From: Octopus vulgaris
Taxonomy: Eukaryota
Assembly: GCA_951406725.2 (NCBI GenBank)
Contig: OX597823.1
Span: 99,510,001 to 99,574,000 of the forward strand
DNA: 64,000 nucleotides
Direction of reading: 5' to 3'
Shown here: positions 13,778 to 27,424 of the stretch, piece by piece
How positions within the stretch are numbered: the first letter of the stretch is position 1
Layout of the letters: each line of letters begins with the position of its first letter
Notes under the pieces: generated by a model
Seen by the model: the letters and a program-made list of their open reading frames with translations, nothing else
Databases searched by the model: none
Told to the model about the DNA's origin: nothing
Program-made: the position numbers and the translations under genes

Positions 13778-13785
<8 letters not shown>
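13427..13785 (+). mobile_element. 308 bp-period unit with 51 bp terminal direct repeat and hammerhead-like motif (retrozyme / Penelope pLTR-like)
   Basis: ttttttcagtctgtggagaaat(g/a)gctaaaatttgccctgtttataattata at 13427-13477 and 13735-13785; hammerhead-like motif at 13677-13724. Confidence 0.65.
13677..13724 (+). ncRNA. Type I minimal hammerhead-ribozyme-like motif (G12>A, probably inactive)
   Basis: acacct CTGATGA gaacc-caataa-ggttc aAAA atcgat TA aggt(t)gt: stems I and II pair and stem III is palindromic. Confidence 0.65.
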
Positions 13786-13837
<52 letters not shown>

Positions 13838-13894
13838 TAGATAGATAAATAGATAAGTAGCAGGGAGGTAACCGGTGTCAATACATTATGGCCA

Positions 13895-14124
13895 TTTCAA
13901 GCAGCTCCATTTACTTGATTTTCTAAAATCATTCAGCCAGAAATATAACATAACAAAACAATGTGATTATTCTGGTTTTGGTTTCTATTATTGATGTAAA
14001 TTTTCAAAAAAAATGGTTTATTCTTTGTGTTTGAAGTATATATGGTCATCTGCATCTGAAGAGAGCAGTTTCTTTCAAATTAATGTAATGTTTTCATTGA
14101 TCAATTAAATGGAGCTGCTTGAAA
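13895..14124. mobile_element. Small inverted-repeat (MITE-like) element
   Basis: Exact 19 bp inverted repeat tttcaagcagctccattta (13895-13913) / taaatggagctgcttgaaa (14106-14124), with degenerate extension. Confidence 0.5.
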
Positions 14125-14267
14125 CAGTCGTACTGCATCACTTCTTGATATCCTGTTGTTTATTTTGATTTTATTCACCTTACTTCAAGCTGTGTGGATA
14201 ATACCAAACTGACTTGGTGCTTCAACTTAATTAATTCAACTAAATCTCAATTATATACATGGATATA

Positions 14268-14520
14268 TCATCATCATCATCACAATCATTGTTTAGCATC
14301 CGCTTTCCATGCTAGCATGGGTTGGATGGTTCAACTGGGGTCTGGGAAGCCAGAAGGCTGCACCAGGCCCAGTCTGATCTGGCAATGTTTCTACGGCTGG
14401 ATGCCCTTCCTAACGCCAACCACTCCGTGAGTGTAGTAGGTGCTTTTTACGTGTCACCGGCACAGGTGCCAGACAAGGCTGGCAAATGGCCACAATCGGA
14501 TGGTGCTTTTTACGTGCCAC
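14268..14520 (-). mobile_element. RTE-type 3' tail fragment
   Basis: Reverse complement of 55925-56177, with a (CAT)n start. Confidence 0.9.
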
Positions 14521-14914
14521 ATATATAATTATTACTTATTATATATTGATCATTCATGTTTATACTTTTTGAGATCTAGTTATATGTTTTATAAAAATAT
14601 ATATTATTTGTTATTTATGTTTTGGTTTATGTCTATCACTGTTTGAGTTGCATAATAATGGTTCTATCTCTAATTTATATATATATATATATATATTTGT
14701 GTGTGTAATTGACACTTCAAATCTGATTAAGTAATAGTTTTTCCTTAAATTATACTTATTAAAGTACAGAAGAATGTATTGAGTTTATATTAAATTTGTT
14801 TTAATTTAGTCGCAAAATGTATTACCTTTGATATGTTAATAACAATTTGTTATCTTTAGATATATGCTCTGCCATGCTTTTGTTTGGCTGTCCATAATAT
14901 GTAAATTGAAAGTG

Positions 14915-15049
14915 AACACATTGACCCCAGGACTTATTCTTTGTAAGCCTAGTATTTATTCTATCGGGGTCCTTTGCCGAACTGCTAGATTACGGGGATG
15001 TAAACACAATAGAATTGGTTGTCAAGTGATGGTGGGGGGACAAACACAG

Positions 15050-15060
<11 letters not shown>
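14915..15060 (-). mobile_element. 3' body of CORE-type SINE family C
   Basis: gaccccaggacttattctttgtaagcctagta..gccgaactgcta..tacggggatgtaaacac, the reverse of 40375-40505 and 62960-63021. Confidence 0.8.
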
Positions 15061-15500
<440 letters not shown>

Positions 15501-17804
15501 TAGGTTAAATCTTTTATTTAATGGCAGCTTAACTAATGGCAAGTAAATCCAGTATATTTCTATTGCTCTGAAACATTTGTATTGTAGTCACACACGTACA
15601 CACATACATGCTCACACATGTACACACATACATGCTCACACACGCACACACATGCATGCTCGCTCACACATGCACACACACATCACACACACACTTGTTG
15701 CTCGAGGGATGGCTTTTCTAAATAACAGCAACTTGCTTGTTGAGAGGAAAATGTCTTTGATTATATGCAGTGAAGTGGTCTTGTGGTTGCTGATATTCTT
15801 GGTCATTGCACCATGGCAACCAGGGGCTGGCATATACAGTTCTACTTGCAGCAGTCCAACTTCTGCTAGACACTTGCCACTAATTCCAATGGTTGTTTCT
15901 CTGCCCCTAAACCAGTGGCAAGTCATTTTCATATTCATTATGATCAACTTAGTAACTATTTGTAGAGATTTGCTTTAATTTCTTTTTCATTACATGATTC
16001 CTCACCACCACCACCACCACCACCACCACCACCGCCGCCGCCGCCATGAGAATAATAACTGTTGTTGCTTTAGAAACTGTTTGCCGTGTTTACACATTGT
16101 GTTAATTTTTATAACTGAGAAATGACTGAATCAGATGGATTTCTCGGCTGATGATAGGGTGCGATGGAAATGATTTTTATTCTTCATTTGAACCACACAA
16201 TACTTTGTAGGGAGACAGACAGACAGAGAGTCTGTAGTAAATATTTCTATTCATGTATAAAGATGGTGATACACTATATATCGAATACATGGCAGTATAA
16301 ATATATATATATATATATATATAGGTATGTACGTATGTATATACATGTGAGAAATTATAGCATTGTACACACATCATATACTATATATTAGTGCATGTAT
16401 GAATATTTGCATGTATGAATATTTGTATCTATGCATGTATGTATCCATGTTTGTGTGTGTGTGTGTATATGTGTGTGTATATGTGTGTGTATATGTGTGT
16501 GTATATATTATCAATATGTAAAAGTAAGATTCAAGGATAGAAGTGTAGGAAGTTTGTAAGCTTTGAACAATGTTTGAGATCAATAATTATTTATTGGCGT
16601 TGAAAGTTGTAGACTTTTCTCATTTCAAAGTTCAATAAGCTGAAAGAATTTTTGTATATCACATTGTTGATAACTAGAGTTGCTATGAATGTGAATAAAA
16701 ATCCAAAACCAAGGCCACATCAGGAGATCTGCCAGCTAGGAAATAATTGCAACCTGGATTTTACCTGATCTGTTCCCTCAATTTGGATATATATATATTT
16801 TTTTTAAAAATGTAACTACATGTGGATCATTGGCGATTTTTTTCCCTCCATCTTCCTTTTCTTTTGGACTTTCCTTTGTCTCCTATTTCTGAAGAAGAGC
16901 TTTGCTTGAAACATGAAACTGCCTCTCTTTCCTTCCTTGAGCATCTGCTAATTCTTTACATGTACCACGTCCTCATGCTGTTTTTTCCTTGTGTTTTTCT
17001 TCATTTTTCTGGATTATATATATGTATATATATATATAGCAGTGCTCCTTACTCATAGAAGGACCCCCCCCACCTATTGGTAACTCTTTCAGGTCATGTA
17101 CTCCTTAGTATATGCTCTTGTTTTCTCTAGTGGAAGATTCTAAGTTGTATTTTGCAATTCCTGTCTAGAGTTCATTTTTCATGGCAATAGATGAACGTCA
17201 ACATCCTCACAGCTTTCCACAGAATCAGTTGATAAAAGATGCAGAAGATAAAAAGATGCAAAAACATGTCCCAAAGTACATAAACAACATGGGTTTTAAG
17301 AAAACTTAATATTAAATTTATTAGGCAAACACCAGTTTTGTTGATTGTGAATATACCAAAAACAATATTCGTTATATAAGTGCACTAAAATATCTGTATA
17401 AAAATAAAAATTGAACATATAATTTTCCATGCTCTGGTGATTAAGGTAACTTCAAGCAGTCACGGAATATATATACACGTGACTTGGTGAAATAGCGACC
17501 ATTCCACTTAGTTGCTTTTCCTTCCATCAGTCATTTAACTTTGAGATTGTTCAGGTGTCTTTTTGGAACAACAAAAAACATGGGAAACAATACCAAACCT
17601 TAGCTTAGTGAACACAACACAATGGCTGTTGTCACTAATATGCTAACTTAAACTCAAACAAACTTTACTTCAATATAAGTGTTTCTAGGTTGAAGTAACA
17701 CAATTTTCAACAATTAGTCTTTTATATCATTTCTTATTTAATCTTATTATGCACAAGTTTTTTCCTGATTTTATGATTTATCACAACAATCTACCCTACT
17801 AGCC

Positions 17805-17880
17805 AGGTGGTGCTATTAAGTTAGACATGGCCTGGGCCAATACTGGCCAAAACCTTTCTAAGTTATTCTAAGTTATTCTA
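17805..17880 (+). mobile_element. Extreme 3' end of CR1-group LINE family 2
   Basis: caggtggtgctattaagttagacatggcctgg..(ctaagttatt)n matches 61446-61519. Confidence 0.85.
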
Positions 17881-20800
17881 TCTCTCCTGTTTCAGGTTTT
17901 CACCACTGTCTTTTTCACATTTTACAATTTATTTTCATAGAAACTGTCCAGATTTTGGCTTAGCTTCAATGGAGTCTGTTAAGTTAGCACAAACCATCTT
18001 TATGCAGCCGCATTATATTATGGATGTTGGATCTAAGTACAAAACATTTCGTTCCTATATTTATAACCTGATATAAATATATTGGGTTTTGAGCAAATGC
18101 TGCCACAAGTAGCAATGTCAGGCATCTTCTATATTCTTAATATAGCTGGTCATTATATTCTGTCTGAAACTATTAATACTAATGCTTTTGAGAGTGCTGG
18201 CTGGTTGGGTTGATTGGGTGAGGAATTACCAGACAGTGTTAATTTGTAATATTCTTTTCGTAGCTGCTCTGTGTCTATGGGTAGGACACTTAACTTTTGT
18301 TAAATCAGTTCTTTTAGTTGCAAATGGAATCATGTGTAAATTTATTAAAAAAAAAAATGAAGTTTCTTCATACCAAAATATATATGGCTTTGAAGATTAA
18401 TGAGTTTTAGTGAGCTGCATGGAAAAGTGCCAAGAAATTTTAACTCCAATGCATTGAAAGCTCATCATCATCATTTAATGTCTGTTTTCCATGTTGGCAT
18501 GGGTTGGACCACATAGCATGGGGGTAGATCACTGGCATTTCTTATTTAAATGTAAAATATCAGATCCATAATTCAGGGAGAAATACCTACCACCAGTCAC
18601 AATCCCTGGTTTTGTGACACAAAGCTTCCTGTTTTAAAGTGATTGAAATTAAAATCTTCTATCAAAATTTCATGTTAATGCATTCCAAACAGCAGCTTAT
18701 TAAAGGCAAAGTTCCATCCATCTTTTCCACCCACTATTCCATGAGGATGGGTGTGGTAGTAGAGTCCTTAGGCAGCTCCTCTTTAGGGTGTTATCAGAAG
18801 CAACCATCATTTGACTTTCTGGCTGGATTCTCAAGTGAGACTGAGATCTCCTTCTCGGTCCACCCCCAGATCTCCTGTCAGTTGGCCCAGCTTGAAGAAT
18901 CTGGTCTTGCAGTTCTTTCCTGCAACATTCTAATCACATGCTGAGACCTCACAATGCAGAAAAGTAGTAGTTGACCTGGAGAGATTCTCTGATTTCTGAA
19001 CAATGCACTTTGTCATGTAGAGCTACTCCAGAGATTTTTCAGAAGACCCCTATTTCAGCAGATTGTATTTGCAATTGTAATATATTTCAAAGGAAATAAG
19101 GCAACAAAATGGTTAACTTTCTGAGAAGGCATTGATGTAATAATGAATTGGATAGAATTTTTACAATTTTCAGCAGAGAGATAGAAAGTCTTTATTTTGT
19201 TATCTTCAGATCTTTGGAAAATGATAATAATTTTTTTGTTTAAGACATTATAATATATTGTGCAAAAGGTACGTTAACTTTTCTGGCAACAACACAGTAT
19301 TATATCAAGCCAGCTTTCAGTGAATTGGTACAAAAATAAAACAAAATGACCCCTATGATCAGGTTACTCATAATTGTTATGGATTAATAGCTTGCTGTTA
19401 CGCATATACATTGATTAATACCCAAGTAGGCCTCTCTCTAAACTTACTTCATTTCATCATTCTAAGAACTGGTGGGATTTTTGTTTTATATTTTTTTATG
19501 GCAGCCATCTATAATTCCAGCCAACTATATACCATACATAATGTGATTCTAATCAAACAGCAATCTTTGTGTGTGTATGTGTTTGTGTGTGTGTATATGT
19601 GTGTGTGTATATGTGTGTGTGTGTATGTTTTCACTTAACATAAGCTAAACCTTAGAAATTCTTCTTTTTTTCCCCTTTATACTACTAATTGTTATACCTG
19701 AACTTAACATAATTAAGGCTACTGTATTTACCTTTAGTGAAACACTTTATTCTGCTTGTCGTGTGACAACTGGGATACTCCGGTTCGAATGATAAATGAT
19801 TAGTTTTAGAAAAGGCATCCATTTTCAAGTGTATTTTATCCAATAATTCTCGTTCAAAAGTTTGGATTCCAACCAATGTTCACATGAAGAAATAAAGATG
19901 TCAGACTAATGAAAGTAAGTCTCTAGCTTGTAATGTTTCCTTGAATCAGAACTGAAGACTTCTTCATCATGGAATTTGTTGAGAGAATGTCAGTTTGGTG
20001 AAGTCAGCTTCTCCAGGTCATCGATCAAGACAGAGTATTACTGGTACATAAGGAGAAGGAGGGGGAGAAGGAGGAGGAGAAGGAGGAGAAGAAGGAGAAG
20101 AAAAAGAAGGATGACGACAATAACTATAACAATAATAATGTAATATTTTATCCAAAGAACAGTTGAATATATTGTTAGAAATTATGTTTGTAAAATTTGT
20201 TGAGAAGGAAGTGTGATTGGTAATGTAAGAAACGCCTTGGCCAGTCATCAATATAGAATTGTTTTTAATTGATAACGAAGATTTGAATTAGTGAGTTTCA
20301 ATGATATTCTTAATAATTTATTAGTTAATAGTTATATCATTGACAAAGTTATATTATAGACAAGTAAAGTTCTTAAAAGAATTGGTTTATAATATTAATC
20401 CCAAAAGCCGTTGAGTTAGTTTGTTGGCAACTTTGATCAGCAATTACAAAAATCTAATGAACGTCATGCAACAAGTTTTAATCAGTGAGGTTGACCGTAA
20501 CTTATTGGATGAAGGAAGACTTTGACATCTTGTTTAGAACATTTGCATCACAGTTTTACTGAGCTTCCTTTCGTAAATTAGTATCTCAAACAGATGAAAT
20601 CCATTTGGTCACTGACACCCAGGCTAAACACGAGGAAGACTTAATGATATCACAAATGAGAATGACAGCTGGTATGATCTTTCTTTTGGTTGAAGACAAA
20701 TTCTCACTCAACATGTTCTAGAAATCAAACTAGAATGAGCTCTAGAGGAATCATTATTTATTGTAGCCAAGGTCTGTAATCACTGCATTGGATACAAAAA

Positions 20801-21159
20801 CTGTGGCAGGCAACGAGACTATTGACTAAGATCCAGTCGCCCATGTATTTGAATTAGTTTGGTAAAGCACCATAAACCAACAATGTCTTTTCTCACAATT
20901 TGTTATGAATTTGGCCAGTATACTGGAAAGGTGTCCATTTCTTAAGAATAGAACTTTTGGTAGGATACTCTCTGTATTTCAAATGGTCAATAATGCAACC
21001 AGTCAAAATAGGTTGTTAAATTCATACTTGCAATGATCATGGATTGCTGGAAAAGTAATTTTTGTTTCCTAAAGTGTTGAGACTTGATTGGACGATTGCA
21101 TCTATGGCTGAGGCCAAAGTCATCTTGGTTTAGTAAAGCATTGATAGCATGGTAGGATC

Positions 21160-21820
21160 AACTGAGAAGACTAATGGATAGTATTTTGTGGTGAATGTGT
21201 GGCTCCAGATTCATTCCGTCTGTGTAGTGCCTTAGGCAAGATTTTTTACTCTTGCTTGGGGTCAATGAATGGGTTTGGTAGACAGAAACTGAATGTATGT
21301 ATATATCAGTGTCATGCAAATTGGAATTCATGCCGGTGGCATGTAAACGCACCATGGTGTCATGCAAATGGCATCTGTGCTGGTGGCACATAAAAGCAGC
21401 CATTGCACTCTCGGAGTGGTTGGCATTAGGAAGGGCATCCAGCCATAGAAAACCATGCCAAATCAGACTGGAGTATGGTACAGCCTTCCAACATGCCAGC
21501 CCAGTCAAACCGTTCAACCCATGCCAGCATGGACAACGGATGTTAAATGAGGATGATAAATGTGTGTGTAAGTGCATGTTTGTTTGTGCGTCCTTGTTTT
21601 GACATAGTGCAATAGTCGTAAATGAGTGTCACTGTCATACAAGCAGGGTCGTTCATTATCAATATTCTGCAAAAGCATGTCTGACCATGGGCAAATATTA
21701 TTATCTTGCTTGGAAAGAGGTGAAGATTGGGGATAGGAAAGGCATCCAGTTGTAGAAAATCTCTCACAATAAACTCTGTCTGACTCAATCAAGCATGAAA
21801 AAGTGGAAGTTGTAATGAGG
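21160..21820 (+). mobile_element. Composite SINE: degenerate CORE-type head, RTE-type tail, second (family D) tail
   Basis: ccttaggcaag..ggtttggtagacagaaactgaa head; RTE-type tail 21330-21557; tail D 21575-21820 is the reverse complement of 37525-37760. Confidence 0.75.
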
Positions 21821-22330
21821 ATAATTAATCAGGTTGACATTTTGGCAGTTGTCACACACTAATATTTATCTTTCGTAGAGAGTAACTGCAAAACTTCAGT
21901 ATTTTAATGTTGTGAAGCACTTTCAACATCTCCAAGTCCAAAAATCCTTGATACAGATACATCACAGATTGGAATAGACTTTACAAAATTTTGGGAAGAT
22001 ATTATTTTCATTGGATGATCTTGATGACCACTTCATTGATTTCATCCACAGTTGTTGAACTACAATCTGCATTCTGTGGTGTGTTGAGCTTCACATTGAG
22101 TCTCAACTTGTTAAGCTTCATTCTATTATATTCTGAGCTTCACATTATAGTTGAAATTGAGTATTTTCTTGAAGCATTCTTACCATAAGACCATGTTTAC
22201 TCAGTGTATTAATAATCAGGTTCTGCTCTGATGATATTCCAGTTTGGTTTGCTCCCTTCAGTGCCATCCAAAATCCAAAACGGCTTAAAGTAGTGAAGAG
22301 ATCAGCTCTCTTATTGAGATTTTCTGTGAT

Positions 22331-22362
<32 letters not shown>

Positions 22363-23133
22363 TATCGTTTAACGTCCATTTTTCATGCTAGCATGGGTTG
22401 GACGGTAATATATATATGAAAGAGAGAAAGATAGAAAGATACAAATAAAGAAATAAAACTGCTGGGGCTAGATATATAAAATATACATACATATATACAT
22501 GTAAATAGAGAGAAAACAAAGACTGACAGTAGTCAAACAATGAACATTCATGTATAAATATATAAAAATTTATATTTTAACAGAGCAGACTAACACAGAG
22601 TACAAAGACACAAAAAAATAAGGGGGAGAAGGTAAGGTATTACAAGTTCAACAGCTGTTTCTGGGGGGTCAGAATTATGTCGTAATGTTGGCAGATTTAG
22701 TTCACAAAAAATTAAGGGCATGCAACCAGTAGTGGAAGCATATAGACATTAGGTAAGTCTGATCTCTGTTTCGAGAGTGGAGAGATTGGTATCTAACATT
22801 TCAAATGCAGGGAAATTTAAAGGTTGAATGGATGAAGAGGATAACCAATAGAAGTGGAGGGAGGAAGTAGGCAATTTGGTGGTGGTGGAGACGGAATGTT
22901 GAAGCAAGGAAGGGCAAGAAGAGATTGGAGAGTCAGGGCAAGAGGTGAGAGGGAGTGAATGACTAAGGTATTGAGGGAAGTAGAAGTGGAGAGTTGGGAA
23001 GTGTGTGGGAAGGGGCTGGATGATTACTGTTGTGAAGGGTGGTTGCTATTGTTGGGTTTGACTGCAGATTGTTGGGGATGGTGGGGCTTAAGAACATATA
23101 TATGTATGTATATATGTATATATGTATGTAAAA

Positions 23134-23364
23134 GGCGGCGAGCTGGCAGAAACGTTAGCACGCCGGGCGACCTGCGTAGCCGTATTTTGTCTGTCGTTAT
23201 GTTCCGAGTTCAAATTCCGCCGAGGTTGACTTTGCCTTTCATCCTTTCGGGGTCGATAAATTAAGTACCAGTTACGCACTGGGGTCGATGTAATCGACTT
23301 AATCCCTTTGTCTGTCCTTGTTTGTCCCCTCTGTGTTTAGCCCCTTGTGGGTAGTAAAGAAATA
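23134..23364 (+). mobile_element. tRNA-derived SINE family A, young copy
   Basis: CpG-rich ggcggcgagctggcagaaacgttagcacgccgggcga..gagttcaaattccgccgaggttgactttgcctttcatcctttcggggtcgataaattaagtaccag; flanked by TA/TG repeats. Confidence 0.92.
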
Positions 23365-23401
23365 TATATATGTATGTATATATATACACATGTATATGTT
23401 A

Positions 23402-23763
23402 AAATATATATATACTAGTGACAGAGGCAGTATTTTCATAACGAGAGGTTAATATTTATCCCTACTTCATGTATGTTCTGTTGGAACAAACTATACTGCA
23501 GTAGAGACCCTGAGGGAATCCCTCAAACTGGCGTCCGGTGCAAAATGCACTTTTGTTTATATTGCTAGCAGGGAGATAAATCTCCACCACCTCTAGTGCT
23601 GAGACCACCAGATCACGTGATTTTGACCTTCATGGCTTTGTCAGTGATGGACGTTCAACTACTAGAGACAGCAGGGACCCATTTTCCCATCAGTGCTGCA
23701 ATTTGTCAGTGAAATATATATTGCCAACTGAGGCAGTATCAATACTGAGAAGTAATATTTATC
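23402..23763 (-). mobile_element. ~305 bp-period unit with degenerate terminal repeat and hammerhead-like motif
   Basis: gaggcagtat at 23424 and 23730, taatatttatc at 23450 and 23753; hammerhead-like motif at 23605-23650; homologous copy at 42030-42210. Confidence 0.55.
23605..23650 (-). ncRNA. Degenerate type I hammerhead-ribozyme-like motif
   Basis: Minus strand: ccatca CTGACaA agcc-atgaa-ggtc aAAA tcacgtga TC tggtgg, with a distal stem ctctagt/actagag. Confidence 0.55.
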
Positions 23764-23765
23764 AC

Positions 23766-23799
<34 letters not shown>

Positions 23800-23808
23800 T
23801 ATATATAT

Positions 23809-23844
<36 letters not shown>

Positions 23845-26119
23845 AAGCGGGAGAGAGAGAGAAAGAGAGATTGAGTCAAGAGATGAGATCCAGAGATGCT
23901 CAATATAGAAAACACTTAGTAGTGCTTGATTGATCTGAACTTACACTCTGAAATCTTTATCAAGGACTAAGTTTGCAGAGTAAAGAGTAGCTGTAAGGGG
24001 AATCAAAGTGAGCAGATATGGAGATAATGATGCAAATAAGCAAAGAAAATTGTTTGGATTATAAAATAGACATAGATATAACAAAGATGGTGTTGTCTTT
24101 TTGATGCATATATCTTGTAATCCCATTGCTCTCTCTGACAAATATTTCTTCAGGAAAAAATTGAAGAAAATACTCAAAGTTCTTTTGATTCTAAGTTCAA
24201 AGGTTTTGTAGAAGCCTCATAAGTAATGAAAGAATTAATGGAAAAAGAATTTTAACTCACCACTTGAGGTCTGCTACAATGCAGTAAGAAAAAAATCCAA
24301 AGTAATTCACTGAATAAAAACCAGATACAAAGGCATATAGTGTAATCAGGAATTTCTTTCTAGAAACAAGGTGAAACATTATTTCTTAAATGGAAGAGTT
24401 CTTAGCTTCTGTTTTTTCAAACTCTATTCAAATTGAAGTCACATGTTTTTCAAAACTCGGTAACAATTGTGGTGACTTGTGGAAAAAAAGACTTTAAGAG
24501 TTAATGAACAACACCGTCAAAATAAAACAAAAATTAAATTAAAAACAAACAATGAAAGTAAAGCATAGAATTGTATTTAACAGATGCAAATTAATAAACT
24601 TCTGCAGCAGGGTATGTTTGATGTTTCTGTGATGTTCTGGTCAAAAAGTATTTACTTTTTGATATTCCACTAACAGTCTGTCTCTCTATTAGTCATATAA
24701 ACATCGTCTAAATTAGAACAAATAAAGTAGAAAGAGATAAGTGTAAAAATGAAAGAAGGAGGTGCAGCAGCAAATGACCACAAAGTTTGAAGGGATTCAG
24801 AACCTGATGCTTTTGTCAATGTTTGGTTTGGAACAGAACAATGGTAGAAAATGCTCATTACACTTTTTGTTTATTTCTTGATTTATCTCAGTTGTAACAG
24901 TAAGTGATGTGAACTGTCCACCACAACTGACTTTAAGCATAGAATAGAAAATATGGAAAGAAGAAAAACATTGTGAAGTGTAACAGTAGAAACTAAATTA
25001 GATGCGTTTTGGAGAATTGGAGATGGATTGTCAGTTATTGGAAGAGTTCTTCATCTTCAAAAGGCAAATACTTAAACAATTTACAATAAAGCCAAAGAAA
25101 TTAAAATTTCTGCTCAAAACCATAACACTTTCAGCTGTTAGAAAACTGATTGGGAGCCGAAGTGGCAGAATGGAATTCATAGAAAGACATACAGTGGTGC
25201 ATGTCTAAAACAGAGAGAATGCATCAGGGCATCTGGCTATCTTCATTACATGCCATACAAATAAAAGTTTTAAGTAAAAAATAACTGAAAGAAAAAACCA
25301 GACAACTCAATGACTGAAGAGTAATTCTATTGTGTGGGTATTGGAAAGTTTAAGGCTGTATTATGACTAGTAGTTTCATCTTGGGAGGGAAGTCTCTGAC
25401 TGTGAAATCTTGAGAAATGGAAGTTATTTCTTTGACTCAGAAAAGTGGAAATATGTGTGGTATGTGTGGAGTAATGTGATTGGAGTGTTTTTATTATTTG
25501 TTTTATTTAGTGATTCTCAGAGCTGGCTTTGGGATGTATTCTTGTGATTTGGGGAGGTCTTGGGTATGTGTTCCAAAATAAATGGTTTGGTTTTACCTGA
25601 TGCATATCTGATTATAATTTGTCAGTCAGGGGAATGGTGGATGACAGGGTTGGGGTGTATGTTCAGTTATGGTTATTCTTTGGTGCAAGAAAATTGCAAA
25701 AAATACTTCCTGAAAGGTGAGGACCGAAGATGATGAATTTTTGCAGCTTTAGGTGTCAGTGGGAGTTAAAAATTAGTATTGCTGCAATTGGAAACAGTAA
25801 CAACTATTACCAAGATTGATGTACGAAAGGGAGTGGCACAAATTAGCATGGAAGCAACAATCACCAAGCACCACTTCAGGTGGGAAGGCCACATGACTTA
25901 CATGCATTCATATATGAATGTATGAATGCATGCATGCATGTATGTCATTAAGTTTATTTCAAGATTTCTTGCGAATAGAGAAAGAACCACTTTCTAATCT
26001 AGATCCAAGGTTCCTTCATTGGAATTTCAACATCAACAACAACAACAGGGTATTTTTGTTTGTATGTCTATATATGTATGTTCAGATTTGTATGTTTTAT
26101 GTATGTACATAGCTACATA

Positions 26120-27424
26120 TCTAGACATGCTGATTACCTTGTTCTTATAGCAAAATCACTGTCTGAACTATTGAAGACATTTCAGGCATGGAAGCAAGGT
26201 GTAGAATCGAAGGGCCTTAGAATTAATCTAGCAAAAACCAAAGTCTTAGTAAGTAGGAAGGCAGACAAATCACAAATCCCTTCAGGTAGGTGGCTCTGCT
26301 TGATCTGTAGAAAAAGTGTAGGTAGAAACTCCATAAGATGCACCTGATGTAAGCTTTGGACACATAAAAGGTGCAGCAATAATCAGAGGAAGGTTAACAG
26401 GAAAATGTGCTTTTGTGTAAAGTAGATGCCCAGGTACAATAAACACTAGGTAGATAAGACGAGGTAGTAGACAGTTTCTGTTATTTAGGTGACCAAGTTA
26501 GTGGCAGAGGTGGATGCTGCAAGAGCATAGCTGAAAGAATAAGAATAAAATGGGAAAGTTCAGAGAGCTCCTACTTCTGCTGGCAACAAAGGGCCTCTCC
26601 CTCAGAGTGAAAGGCAGATTGTTTGATGCCTGTGTGCAAACAGCCATGCTTATACAGCATTGAAACGGGCTGTAACAGCCAAGGACATGCATAGGCTTGA
26701 AAGAAATGAAGCGAGTGTGCTTCGCTGGATGTGCAATGTCAGTGTGCATGCACAACAGAGTGTAAGCATGTTGAGAGGAAAATTGGGCAGAAGAGGCATC
26801 AGATGTGGTGTGCAACAGAGACAACTGCACTGGTATGGTCACGTGATACATATGGATGAGGACAGCTGTGTAAAAGTGCCGATCTCTAACTGTGGAGGGA
26901 ACTTGTGATAGAGGTAGATCCAGGAAGACATGGGACAAGGTGGTGAAACATGATCTTCAAACATTGAGCAATGACTAATGACTGAGACCTTTAGCGATAT
27001 GCCATGCTTGAGAAGAAGACAGGTCAAGCCAAGTGAAATCATAGTTATGGCTGATGCTGGTGTCATGTAACTGGCACCCACACCGGTGGTGCATGAAAAG
27101 CACCTTCCGAGCATTTGGCCCCATGGAGGCAAGGTGGCATGTGAAAAGTACCTTTCTAGTGTTGGGCCTCACAGAGGCAATGACAAGTGACCAAGACATT
27201 ATGCTGTGCTTGAGAAGAAGACCATCAAGCAAAGTGAAATCATAGTCATGGCAAATGGCACCTATGCCGGTGGTGCATAAAAGGCACTGATTACATTCTC
27301 AGAGTGGTTGGTGTTAGGAAGGGTATCCAGCAGTAGAAACCATGCCAAATCAAAATGGAGTCTGGTACAGCCTTCCAGCTCACCAACCCATGCCAGCATA
27401 GATAACAGACGTTAAATGATGATG

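Noticed and set aside
16148-16175. ctgatga...gaaa hammerhead candidate
   Set aside because: The intervening sequence cannot form stem II, and there is no stem I.
16886-16919. ctgaagaagagctttgcttgaaacatgaaac hammerhead candidate
   Set aside because: Core boxes and a short stem II are present, but stem I is only 3 A-U pairs and the cleavage position is G; kept only as weak supporting evidence.
20400-21140. Possible decayed hAT transposase (IMDCWKSN..FPK-like words near 21035-21085)
   Set aside because: Too degenerate, with no TIRs or continuous frame; cannot be supported without a profile search.
22640-22680. Minus-strand gaaacagctgt half-hammerhead in a purine-rich, Penelope-like remnant
   Set aside because: No CUGANGA box found at a pairable position.
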